Below, piece after piece: positions 25,597-33,288 of a DNA stretch of 33,288 bases. Every line of letters starts with the position of its first letter. Position 1 is the stretch's first letter. The DNA comes from Chloroflexota bacterium. Lineage in GTDB: Bacteria; Chloroflexota; Limnocylindria; Limnocylindrales; CSP1-4. The notes below the pieces were generated by a model. That model made no database searches, was not told where the DNA came from, and was given only the letters and a program-made list of their open reading frames with translations. The stretch covers positions 1 through 33,288 of the forward strand of contig JBDTVN010000003.1 of the NCBI GenBank assembly GCA_040007155.1, in the 5' to 3' direction. The position numbers and the translations under genes are program-made.

Positions 25597-27096
25597 TCAA
25601 GCCTGGAGTGCTGCGCGCGCGGCGTCGAGGCGCTCGAGAGAGCGCTCATACCCGAGAGCCACGAGGGTGTCGAAGAGCGGCGGCGTCGCCGTCTTGCCGG
25701 TGATCGCGACGCGGATTGCCATGAAGAGATCGCCCACTTTCCAGCCGCGCTCCTCAGCCAGTTGGCGTAGCGGCGCCTCGAGCTCCTCGGCCTCGTAACT
25801 GACCTTCCCCGTCTCAGCGACGACCTCGCGCGCCGCGGTGAGCGCGGTGAGCGTCGTCGGGCGATCCCACTTCTTGGGCACGAGCATCTCCGGTTCGACG
25901 CGCAAGTCGTCGACGAACAGGAAGTCGAGCATGTCGCCGACGCCAGAGAGCGTCGCCATCCGCTCACGCACCATGGGCATCAGCGGCGCCAGGTCGTCGG
26001 CGGTGGGAACGCGAACGTCCTCGCCGGCCGCTCCCCGAGCAGCGACCGCGGCGCTAAGGAACGGCAGAGCGCGTTCGACCAGCTCGTCGTCGGACAACTT
26101 GCGAATCCACTGGCCGTTGAGCCACTCGAGCCGCTCCTTATCGAAGACCGCGCCGCCCGAATGGACCTTGTCGAGCGAGAACCTCTCGCCCAGCTCGGCG
26201 AGCGTAAAGATCTCCTCCTCTGTGCCGCTCGCCCAGCCGAGCAGCGCCAGGAAGTTGACGAACGCCTCTGGGATGTAGCCCTGCGCGCGGTAGTCGGCGA
26301 CCGCCGTCTGCGACTTGCGCTTGCTCATCTTGGTCCGGTCGGGATTGAGGATGAGCGGCAGGTGGGCGAACTGCGGCACGTCGGCGCCCATCGCCCGGAA
26401 GAGCAGGATGTGCTTGGGCGTGTTCGACAGGTGATCCTCGCCGCGGATCACATGGCTGATCTCCATCTCGACGTCGTCGACGACGACTGTGAAGTGGTAG
26501 AGCGGCGTGCCGTCGGAGCGGACGATGATCAGGTCGCCGCCGAGCGCGGTGGTGTCGATCTCCACGGTGCCGCGGACGATGTCGTCGAACTTGACGAGCT
26601 CCTGCCCGACCCGGAAACGGATAACGGGCTTCACACCAGCCGCAACCTTGGCGGCTTGTACGGCCGCGCTCAGATGCGCGCAACGGCCGACGTAATGCGG
26701 CGGCTGATGAGCCGCCTCCTGGGCGTGCCGATCGGCGTCGAGCTCTTCCTTGGTGCAGTAGCAGTAGTACGCCTTGTCCGCGGCGAGCAACTTGTCTGCC
26801 GCGGCCGCGTAATGCTCCAGCCGCTGCATCTGGCGATATGGGCCGTACGGCCCGCGTGCTGGCTGGCCCGCGACCTCAGGACCCTCGTCCCAATCGATGC
26901 CCAGCCAGTGCAGGCCATCGAGGATGTCCTGCTCGAACGCGACGGTCGAACGCGCGACGTCGGTGTCCTCGAGACGCAGGATGAACGTGCCGCCCATCTT
27001 CTTGGCGAAGAGGTAGTTGAACAGCGCCGTCCGCGCGGTACCCAAGTGCAGCGGCCCAGTGGGCGATGGTGCGATGCGACAGCGAATGGCGCTCAT
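25597..27096 (-). CDS. gltX: Glutamate--tRNA ligase
   Basis: APSPTGPLHLG (HIGH), RLEDTD, CYC, VIRGEDH, KMSKR, and an anticodon-binding C-terminal domain. Confidence 0.97.
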   Translation of the reverse strand: MSAIRCRIAPSPTGPLHLGTARTALFNYLFAKKMGGTFILRLEDTDVARSTVAFEQDILDGLHWLGIDWDEGPEVAGQPARGPYGPYRQMQRLEHYAAAADKLLAADKAYYCYCTKEELDADRHAQEAAHQPPHYVGRCAHLSAAVQAAKVAAGVKPVIRFRVGQELVKFDDIVRGTVEIDTTALGGDLIIVRSDGTPLYHFTVVVDDVEMEISHVIRGEDHLSNTPKHILLFRAMGADVPQFAHLPLILNPDRTKMSKRKSQTAVADYRAQGYIPEAFVNFLALLGWASGTEEEIFTLAELGERFSLDKVHSGGAVFDKERLEWLNGQWIRKLSDDELVERALPFLSAAVAARGAAGEDVRVPTADDLAPLMPMVRERMATLSGVGDMLDFLFVDDLRVEPEMLVPKKWDRPTTLTALTAAREVVAETGKVSYEAEELEAPLRQLAEERGWKVGDLFMAIRVAITGKTATPPLFDTLVALGYERSLERLDAARAALQA

Positions 27097-27851
27097 CGCT
27101 CGCGCCCCGGACGGACGTCGCCACCACGACCCTCGCCAGCGCGGTCTTCCGTGGCCGCGCGATTGCGGGCCTCCGCCTCAGCAGCGGCGCGCGCTTTACC
27201 TGCGGTGAGCGGCTGCGCGCCAATGTGGCGAAAGACGCCGCGCGACGGCAGATCGGCGTCGCCCTTGCGAAAGTAGGCGCGCGCGGCCATGGACCACGCC
27301 GCGCCGCTCGAGCGGTTATAGACCTCGAAATCGGGCGCGGCTGGTCGCTCTTCCGCCGGCTCGGACTCAGTCGCGCCACCAATCGTGGCTCCAGGCGCGG
27401 CTCCCGGCGCGCGACGACGTGTCGGACGCTTCGCGCCCTCGCGCCGCAGCCCATCCTCCCACCACGGCACCTCACTCGCCGACCAGGTGTAGGAACGATT
27501 CGAGCGCGGGCGCGCTCCGGCAGGTCCGCTCGTGGTCGTCGCCGGTGTGGGCGCTTTCGGCCCGCGGGTTGGACGGGTGGCCTTGGGCTCAGGGCGCTTA
27601 GTCGGTGCCTTTCCGGTCGCAGCCGTGGCTCTGATCGGCCCGGGTGCGTGGCGGGCGTCCCATTCGCGGCGCAGCAGCGGGTCGGACAGGACGCGGTACG
27701 CCTCCTGCACGACAAGGAAGCGCTTCGCGTCGCCCTTGCTTGCGTCGGGGTGGAACTTCTTCGCCAGCTTGCGATGCGCCTTCTTGATGTCGGTGACGTG
27801 AGCGCCGCGGGGCACGCCGAGCGCGCGATATGGATCGGGAGGTCCGGCCAC
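27093..27851 (-). CDS. J-domain (DnaJ-like) protein with low-complexity C-terminus
   Basis: DPYRALGV, IKKAHRKLAKKFHPD, EAYRVLSDP. Confidence 0.88.
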   Translation of the reverse strand: MAGPPDPYRALGVPRGAHVTDIKKAHRKLAKKFHPDASKGDAKRFLVVQEAYRVLSDPLLRREWDARHAPGPIRATAATGKAPTKRPEPKATRPTRGPKAPTPATTTSGPAGARPRSNRSYTWSASEVPWWEDGLRREGAKRPTRRRAPGAAPGATIGGATESEPAEERPAAPDFEVYNRSSGAAWSMAARAYFRKGDADLPSRGVFRHIGAQPLTAGKARAAAEAEARNRAATEDRAGEGRGGDVRPGRER

Positions 27852-27859
27852 GACGAACC

Positions 27860-29023
27860 TCAGCCCAGTTCGGACAGTGGCGCGAGGCGGAACGATGGCA
27901 CAGCCTGGGCGACCTCGACGCCCCGCGGATCCTGCATCGGTGGCCGGTGCAGATCCGACACGCGCTCGAGGGCAGCGCCGCTCAAGACGTGCAGCTGGGA
28001 TAGCGCCTCGACCGTGACTGCGCGATTGGCGCGCTTGGCGAGATCACCGTCCTCGATCTTGATCGCGACACCGGCCGCAGGCGAGTCGGTGCCGCGTGCA
28101 CCGCGCAACAGGCCGATTCCGCGCAATCCTTCGGCACCACCCTTCATGACGATCATCCCCGGTCGCGCCCGCATCAGCATCGTGTCAGGCGAGTTGTGCG
28201 CGCCGCCGATCATCTCTGGCGCGGCCATCATCGAGTCGCGAATCCGGGTCAGGTGCGGGATGAGCGGCTGGCGCGCAGCATCGGCGCCACCTTCCGGGTC
28301 AGCCAGGAGCGCATACGCGCGGGCGATCGCGACGAGTGGAAAGGCGTAGGTCAGGACGCCGCATTGATCGACCGCGGTCACCAATGCGGACGGTCGTACG
28401 CCGAAGATGCGGGCAACGATCTCCGACATCGCGACCTGCGTGGGGTGGTCGGGCTTCCAGTAGTCGGCCAGGCTGTAGCCACCGATCTTGGCCATCAGCA
28501 GGCTCGCGGTATGGAAGCCTGAGCAGTTGTGGCGGATGGCGCCAGGCGCCTCGCCTTCACGCGCAAGTCGCGCCGCCGTGACAGCATCTTCCGGGGCCCC
28601 GGTCGTGCCACAAGCAAGCATTGTTTGCGACAAGCCAGCGCGCCGCAGCATGGCCTGAATGGTGCGCACGTGAGCGTCCTCGCCATGATGCGACGCGGAC
28701 ATGACGGCGATCTCAGGATCGGTCAGGTGAAACGCATCCGCGCCGCCTGCCTCGAGCAACGCCACGACGCCAAACGGTTTCACGGCAGAGCGGAGCGACG
28801 TGACCAGGTCGGGATCACCGATCCCCTGCTCGACCTTGCCCTCGACGTTGACCTGGACCACGTGACCGCGATGGCGGCTCTCGACGAATGGTCCGCGATG
28901 GAACTCGACCAGCACCGGCGCCGCGACGTTGCGCGGATAGCGCGTCTTGGCCAGCGCCGGTGGCAGCGTTTGGCGGGCAGGCTTGCGCGCACCAAAGGAA
29001 GGTCGGAGAGGGGTCTGGGGCAT
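27860..29023 (-). CDS. Class 3 (Rhizobium-type) L-asparaginase-like protein
   Basis: RGPFVESRH, RSAVKP, SASH, HNCSGFH, DQCG, KGGAEG, KIEDG. ATG 29023 lies 7 nt after TACCAT. Confidence 0.85.
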   Translation of the reverse strand: MPQTPLRPSFGARKPARQTLPPALAKTRYPRNVAAPVLVEFHRGPFVESRHRGHVVQVNVEGKVEQGIGDPDLVTSLRSAVKPFGVVALLEAGGADAFHLTDPEIAVMSASHHGEDAHVRTIQAMLRRAGLSQTMLACGTTGAPEDAVTAARLAREGEAPGAIRHNCSGFHTASLLMAKIGGYSLADYWKPDHPTQVAMSEIVARIFGVRPSALVTAVDQCGVLTYAFPLVAIARAYALLADPEGGADAARQPLIPHLTRIRDSMMAAPEMIGGAHNSPDTMLMRARPGMIVMKGGAEGLRGIGLLRGARGTDSPAAGVAIKIEDGDLAKRANRAVTVEALSQLHVLSGAALERVSDLHRPPMQDPRGVEVAQAVPSFRLAPLSELG

Positions 29024-29030
29024 CGTTGCG

Positions 29031-29044
29031 ATGGTACCTACAAT
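29031..29044. promoter_or_regulatory. Back-to-back divergent -10 elements (TACCAT on minus, TACAAT on plus)
   Basis: ATGGTA-CC-TACAAT sits in a 35-bp gap between divergent start codons 29023 and 29059. Confidence 0.55.
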
Positions 29045-29058
29045 CCGGCGCACCAACC

Positions 29059-30978
29059 ATGATCGACTCAAACCGGCCGAGCCCGGGTCGCACACCCAGC
29101 TCGCGCACATTCGACCTGGTCATGGTCGCGTTGTTGGCGTTGCTCGTCGTGGGCGGCCACGTCCTTATCTGGGCCGACGACCCCACACGCAATTACGTCA
29201 GCGGCGATCAGCTCTTCAGCATCTGGGCGCTGCCGCTGTATGCCGGGTTAGTGCCCGCGGCGTACTTGCTGTTCGTGTGGTGGAGCGCGCGTCGACGGGG
29301 TGGCGACGTGCCCTTTGGTTACCGCGCCGCGCTCATAGGGGCGGCCATCTTCATCCTCGCGCTGGCGGCCGAGTTCGCGTCGCGCTCCGTCGCCGATCGA
29401 CCCGCGCCTGGACCAGAAGGCGTGCTTGCGCCATCGCGCATCGCCCTCTTCATCGGCACAGCGCTGATGGTCAGCGGACCCCTGTTGGCGCTCTGCCGGC
29501 GATTGGCGGCGGCCGGGGTGCCAAGGCGGGTGGCGTCGGTTGATGGCGCGGCATTCGCGGTGGCACTCGGTCTGCTGCTGTCCATCACGACGCTGCTGAC
29601 CGGCTTCATTCACCCCTTCGTAGTCCTCGCCGGGGCGCCCATCGAGCAACCGCTCGTGCAGACGCCGACCGACCTCTACCGGGTGCCGATTGATGGCTCA
29701 GGCAGCCAGCGACTGACGGTCACACCGACCGAGTGGGAGGTTCATCCCGCCATTGCGTTCAACGGCAGCCTCGCCTATGCACGCGGCCAGCTCAACGACT
29801 TCCGCGTGTCGATCGACGCCGCCGACGGCACGCGAATTCGGGTCGACCCGCGCGAGATCCCGCAGGACAGCCCGGTCTACTCGCCCGACGGAGCGCGCAT
29901 CGCATACTGGGCGCCGCTCAACGCCGCGCCCGCGCCAGAAGCAGGAGACAAGCCCGCGCCGGTCGATCTGAGCGGTCTCGCGATCTGGATCTACAACCAG
30001 CCCGACGGCACGACCAAGGCGCTCCACCAGGTCGGCGGCGAGGGCGTCGAAGCCTGGTCGCCCGACGGCAGCACGCTGTGCGGCTGGAGCATCGCCAACG
30101 GCTCGTTCGACATCTACACCTGGGACGTCACGACGGGTGCCAGCCACCCGGTCACGAATGACGCGAGCCAGGAATGGGGCTGCTCGTGGGCGCCTGACGG
30201 GTCGCGCCTCTACTTCCATTCCGACGCGACCGGAAACTGGGAGCTCTACTCCGCCGCGCCCGACGGCACGGACGTGCGCCAGCTCACGGATGACCCGGGC
30301 ATCGATCAGCTGCCGCACCTCTCCCCTGACGGCACGACCCTCGCCTGGATGTCGAGCCGCGACGGCGATCTGGACATCTTCCTCGCTGATGCCGATGGCG
30401 CGAACCCGCGCAATCTGACGCGCGACCCGGCACTGGAAGATGGCTTCTACGGCTTCACCTGGCTGAGCGACGGATCGGGGCTGATCGCCGCTTCCGCCGG
30501 CCGCTCGTACGCAGCGCCGGGGCTCGCCGATACCGTGCCGCTCGGCGTCGGCGCAATCACGCTCAACGCATTGATCTTCGTGGGCCTGCTGCTGCTCGGC
30601 CTGCGCCTGGTCGGGCCGATGGTCGGCATGGGCACGATCGCAGGGCTGATTGGCGGGCTGCTCGCCGCGCTCGTCGGGCAGGAGCCGCTGCTCTTCGTCG
30701 CGGGGCTGGCAGGCGGCGCGGTCGCGGACTTCGTGCTGTTGCGCTCAGGCGCCGCCGACCGGCGAACAGCAATGATCATGGCCGGCACGACCGCGTTCGT
30801 ACTGGTCACGGTCTACTTCATTGCGCTCGATGCGACGCGCGGCATCGGCTGGGGTTTCGACCTGGTCATTGGCTCGATCGTTCTGTCAAGCGCGCTGGCG
30901 ATGGCGCCGGCCTTCATCGGCGGCTGGTCGGCCAGCCCGGATCAGTCGGCTGAAGCGGACGCTACGATCAGCCCGTAA
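29059..30978 (+). CDS. Multi-pass membrane protein with internal TolB/PD40 beta-propeller
   Basis: About five N-terminal TM segments; repeats YSPDG, WSPDG, WAPDG, LSPDG with DIY/ELY/DIF; about five C-terminal TM segments. Confidence 0.8.
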   Translation: MIDSNRPSPGRTPSSRTFDLVMVALLALLVVGGHVLIWADDPTRNYVSGDQLFSIWALPLYAGLVPAAYLLFVWWSARRRGGDVPFGYRAALIGAAIFILALAAEFASRSVADRPAPGPEGVLAPSRIALFIGTALMVSGPLLALCRRLAAAGVPRRVASVDGAAFAVALGLLLSITTLLTGFIHPFVVLAGAPIEQPLVQTPTDLYRVPIDGSGSQRLTVTPTEWEVHPAIAFNGSLAYARGQLNDFRVSIDAADGTRIRVDPREIPQDSPVYSPDGARIAYWAPLNAAPAPEAGDKPAPVDLSGLAIWIYNQPDGTTKALHQVGGEGVEAWSPDGSTLCGWSIANGSFDIYTWDVTTGASHPVTNDASQEWGCSWAPDGSRLYFHSDATGNWELYSAAPDGTDVRQLTDDPGIDQLPHLSPDGTTLAWMSSRDGDLDIFLADADGANPRNLTRDPALEDGFYGFTWLSDGSGLIAASAGRSYAAPGLADTVPLGVGAITLNALIFVGLLLLGLRLVGPMVGMGTIAGLIGGLLAALVGQEPLLFVAGLAGGAVADFVLLRSGAADRRTAMIMAGTTAFVLVTVYFIALDATRGIGWGFDLVIGSIVLSSALAMAPAFIGGWSASPDQSAEADATISP

Positions 30979-31634
30979 TGGCCACGGACCGCACTACCGA
31001 GTTTCCCAGCCTGCACGTTTCGTCCCACCCGGCGGTCCTGCACAAGCTGTCGTACCTGCGCGACTCCGCGACCGAGCCCAAGAAATTCCGCGAGCTGGTG
31101 CGTGAGATCTCGTGGCTCGTTGGTTACGAGGCGCTGGCCGACGCCCGCGTCCGCGACGTGAAGGTCGACACGCCCATCGAGCAGACCGATGGCGTGAAGC
31201 TGGCCGACCGCATCGGACTGGTGCCGATCCTGCGTGCCGGCCTGGGCATGGTCGACGCCATGCTCGAGCTGATGCCAACGGCGCAGGTGTGGCACCTGGG
31301 TCTCTTCCGCGATGAGCACACGCTGCGCCCGGTCGAGTACTACAACAAGCTGCCCGACTCGGCCACGGTCGACCTGACCCTGATCCTGGACCCGATGCTG
31401 GCCACTGGTGGCTCAGCGACGGCCGCGATCGATGTCCTCAAGCGGTGGGGCTCGGCGCGCATCAAGCTGCTCAACCTGATCGCGGCGCCAGAGGGTGTCC
31501 GCGCGGTCCAGGCGGCACACCCGGACGTGCCGATCTACACTGCCGCGCTTGACCGCCAGCTCAATGAGAAGGGCTACATCATGCCCGGCCTGGGCGACGC
31601 GGGCGATCGCCAGTTCGGCACGGGCGGCGGCTAG
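30978..31634 (+). CDS. upp: Uracil phosphoribosyltransferase
   Basis: [35 protein letters not shown]. Confidence 0.97.
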   Translation: MATDRTTEFPSLHVSSHPAVLHKLSYLRDSATEPKKFRELVREISWLVGYEALADARVRDVKVDTPIEQTDGVKLADRIGLVPILRAGLGMVDAMLELMPTAQVWHLGLFRDEHTLRPVEYYNKLPDSATVDLTLILDPMLATGGSATAAIDVLKRWGSARIKLLNLIAAPEGVRAVQAAHPDVPIYTAALDRQLNEKGYIMPGLGDAGDRQFGTGGG

Positions 31635-33286
31635 TCGGAGTCAGACCCCGGCGCGCCGGGTTGCGCAAGAAGTGCCGCGACCTGTTCGCCTGCCTGCGCT
31701 GAGGCGAAGATGGTCAGCCGATCGCCCGCCTCCAGGACGACATCGCCGCGCGGCACAATGACCCGGTCGCCGCGCGCGATGGCCACGAGCACGGCCTCGC
31801 GCGGCCAGGCCACCTTGGCGACGGTCATGCCGGCGAGGTTCGACGCCGGGCCTACGTGGGCGTCGACAAGGGAGCCCGTGTGCTGTACGGAACGGACGCG
31901 CTGAACGTTCGCCGCCAGGGAGCCGCGATAGACGCTCAGGATGTCGCCCACGGAGATGATGCCGGTGAGCTTGTCGTCGGCGGCGACCGGCGCCCAAGAT
32001 CGGTGCGCGTCAGAAAGTGTCGCGAGGGCATCGTCAAGTCCGTCCTCGACGCTGATGACCAGGCCGTCGAGCTGCAAATCACGCAAGTGGCTTTCAGGGG
32101 CCGCAGTCGCCAGGTCCTCGATGTTCACGCTGCCCTTGAGCACCCTTGAGCGGCCAACCACCGGCGCGCCGGGGAGATTGTTGGCAGCAAGCCGTAGCCG
32201 CGCGGTCGCGACTGTGTCGTCGACGGACAGCACCAGGCGCGGCGCCCGCGCCGCATGGGCAGCCGGGATCGACGCCATCAAGGGCAATGCGAACCGGAAC
32301 TGGTGGGCGGGCGACTCGGCCCGGTTGCGCAGCTGTGAGCGATAGATGGTGCGATCGCCGACAACGAGTGTCGCCAAACCGATCGCCAGCATCGCCGGAG
32401 CGAGCATCGACAGATTGCCCGTCATCTCAGCGACCATGAGCATGACCGCCAAGGGGGCATGGGCGATGCTGCCGAACAGGGCCATCATGCCCACGATCAC
32501 AAAGCCTGTCGGGTCGACCGGTACTGCCGGCGCGATAGGTTCGAGCACGCGCCAAACCGAAGCACCGAGCAACCCGCCGATGACCATTCCCGGGCCGAAG
32601 ATGCCACCCGAGCCACCCGAGCCGATCGACAGCGATGTAGCCGCGATCTTGGCCAGAGGCAGGCCGAGCACCACCCACAGTGGCAGCCCCAGCAACGTGT
32701 TGCGGTCAAGCGAAGCCTGGACCCAGCCGTAGCCGGTGCCGAGCACGCCCGGAATCACCAATGCGATGCAGCCGACGGCAAGGCCGGCGATCGCGGGTCG
32801 AATGAAGCGCGGCAACGGCCAGCGGGCGATCCACGCTGTTGCGCCGTAGAAGCCACCGATATAGGCCCGGCCGAGCAGACCGGCAGCAAGGCCTATCGCG
32901 CCGTAGTAGATGAGCTGGGCTGGATTCGTGAAGGCCGCGCCACCGGTGCTCCCGAAGATCGGCACGTAGCCAATGACCGCGCCGAAGATCGAGAACGCGA
33001 CGATCGATGACACGAAGCCGGGCACGAGCGCCTCCGACTCGACGTCGTCGCGATAAGGGATCTCGGCCGCAAGAACCGCGCCGCCGAGCGGAGCTCGAAA
33101 GATCGCGCCGATGCCCGCGCCCATGCCGCACGCGACCGCGATCCGCGCGTCGCGCGCGTCCAAATCAAGGACGCGTGCCAGCCACGAACCGAAGCCGGCA
33201 CCAATCTGAGCCGTTGGGCCCTCGCGCCCGCCCGATCCGCCGGACCCAATCGTTATGGCCGACGAGATGAGCTTGATGATGGGAAT
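31631..33286 (-). CDS. ClC chloride channel/antiporter with CBS pair and TrkA-C domain (5'-truncated by window edge)
   Basis: Frame is open to the window end: [28 protein letters not shown]; C-terminal CBS-like repeats and [16 protein letters not shown]. Confidence 0.92.
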   Translation of the reverse strand: MPIIKLISSAITIGSGGSGGREGPTAQIGAGFGSWLARVLDLDARDARIAVACGMGAGIGAIFRAPLGGAVLAAEIPYRDDVESEALVPGFVSSIVAFSIFGAVIGYVPIFGSTGGAAFTNPAQLIYYGAIGLAAGLLGRAYIGGFYGATAWIARWPLPRFIRPAIAGLAVGCIALVIPGVLGTGYGWVQASLDRNTLLGLPLWVVLGLPLAKIAATSLSIGSGGSGGIFGPGMVIGGLLGASVWRVLEPIAPAVPVDPTGFVIVGMMALFGSIAHAPLAVMLMVAEMTGNLSMLAPAMLAIGLATLVVGDRTIYRSQLRNRAESPAHQFRFALPLMASIPAAHAARAPRLVLSVDDTVATARLRLAANNLPGAPVVGRSRVLKGSVNIEDLATAAPESHLRDLQLDGLVISVEDGLDDALATLSDAHRSWAPVAADDKLTGIISVGDILSVYRGSLAANVQRVRSVQHTGSLVDAHVGPASNLAGMTVAKVAWPREAVLVAIARGDRVIVPRGDVVLEAGDRLTIFASAQAGEQVAALLAQPGAPGSDSD

Positions 33287-33288
33287 AC

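Noticed and set aside
26161-28349. Long plus-strand ORFs 26161..27276 and 27066..28349
   Set aside because: Antisense to gltX, the J-domain gene and the asparaginase gene; composition is typical of shadow frames.
28888-29110. Apparent overlap of the divergent asparaginase and membrane-protein ORFs
   Set aside because: Resolved by starts at 29023 (-) and 29059 (+) flanking back-to-back -10 elements.
1-33288. CRISPR array, integrase/transposase, prophage, rRNA
   Set aside because: No regularly spaced repeats or corresponding protein motifs seen by manual reading.

Overview
High-GC (roughly two-thirds by eye) bacterial chromosomal window, gene-dense, with no rRNA, tRNA, CRISPR or transposase visible. 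The gene style suggests Chloroflexota (Limnocylindria-like) or another terrabacterial lineage; this is inference only. It holds (i) a deoxyribose-catabolism region (deoC, a split ALDH16-type aldehyde dehydrogenase pair and an ArsR regulator, with two copies of a GTGAC-N6-GTCAC palindrome), interrupted by NUDIX, tandem GNAT, ECF sigma/anti-sigma and GH3 genes; (ii) a ~13.5 kb phosphate/polyphosphate supercluster (ppx, DUF971, ppk1, CYTH-CHAD, pstSCAB, phoU, arsC, sixA, lysE, phoR, phoB); and (iii) housekeeping genes (gltX, a J-domain protein, class 3 asparaginase, upp, ClC). The most striking observations are a naturally circularly permuted PstS, a candidate ArsR deoxyribose regulon, a small palindromic repeat family with one copy in frame inside a coding sequence, and pervasive leaderless promoters.
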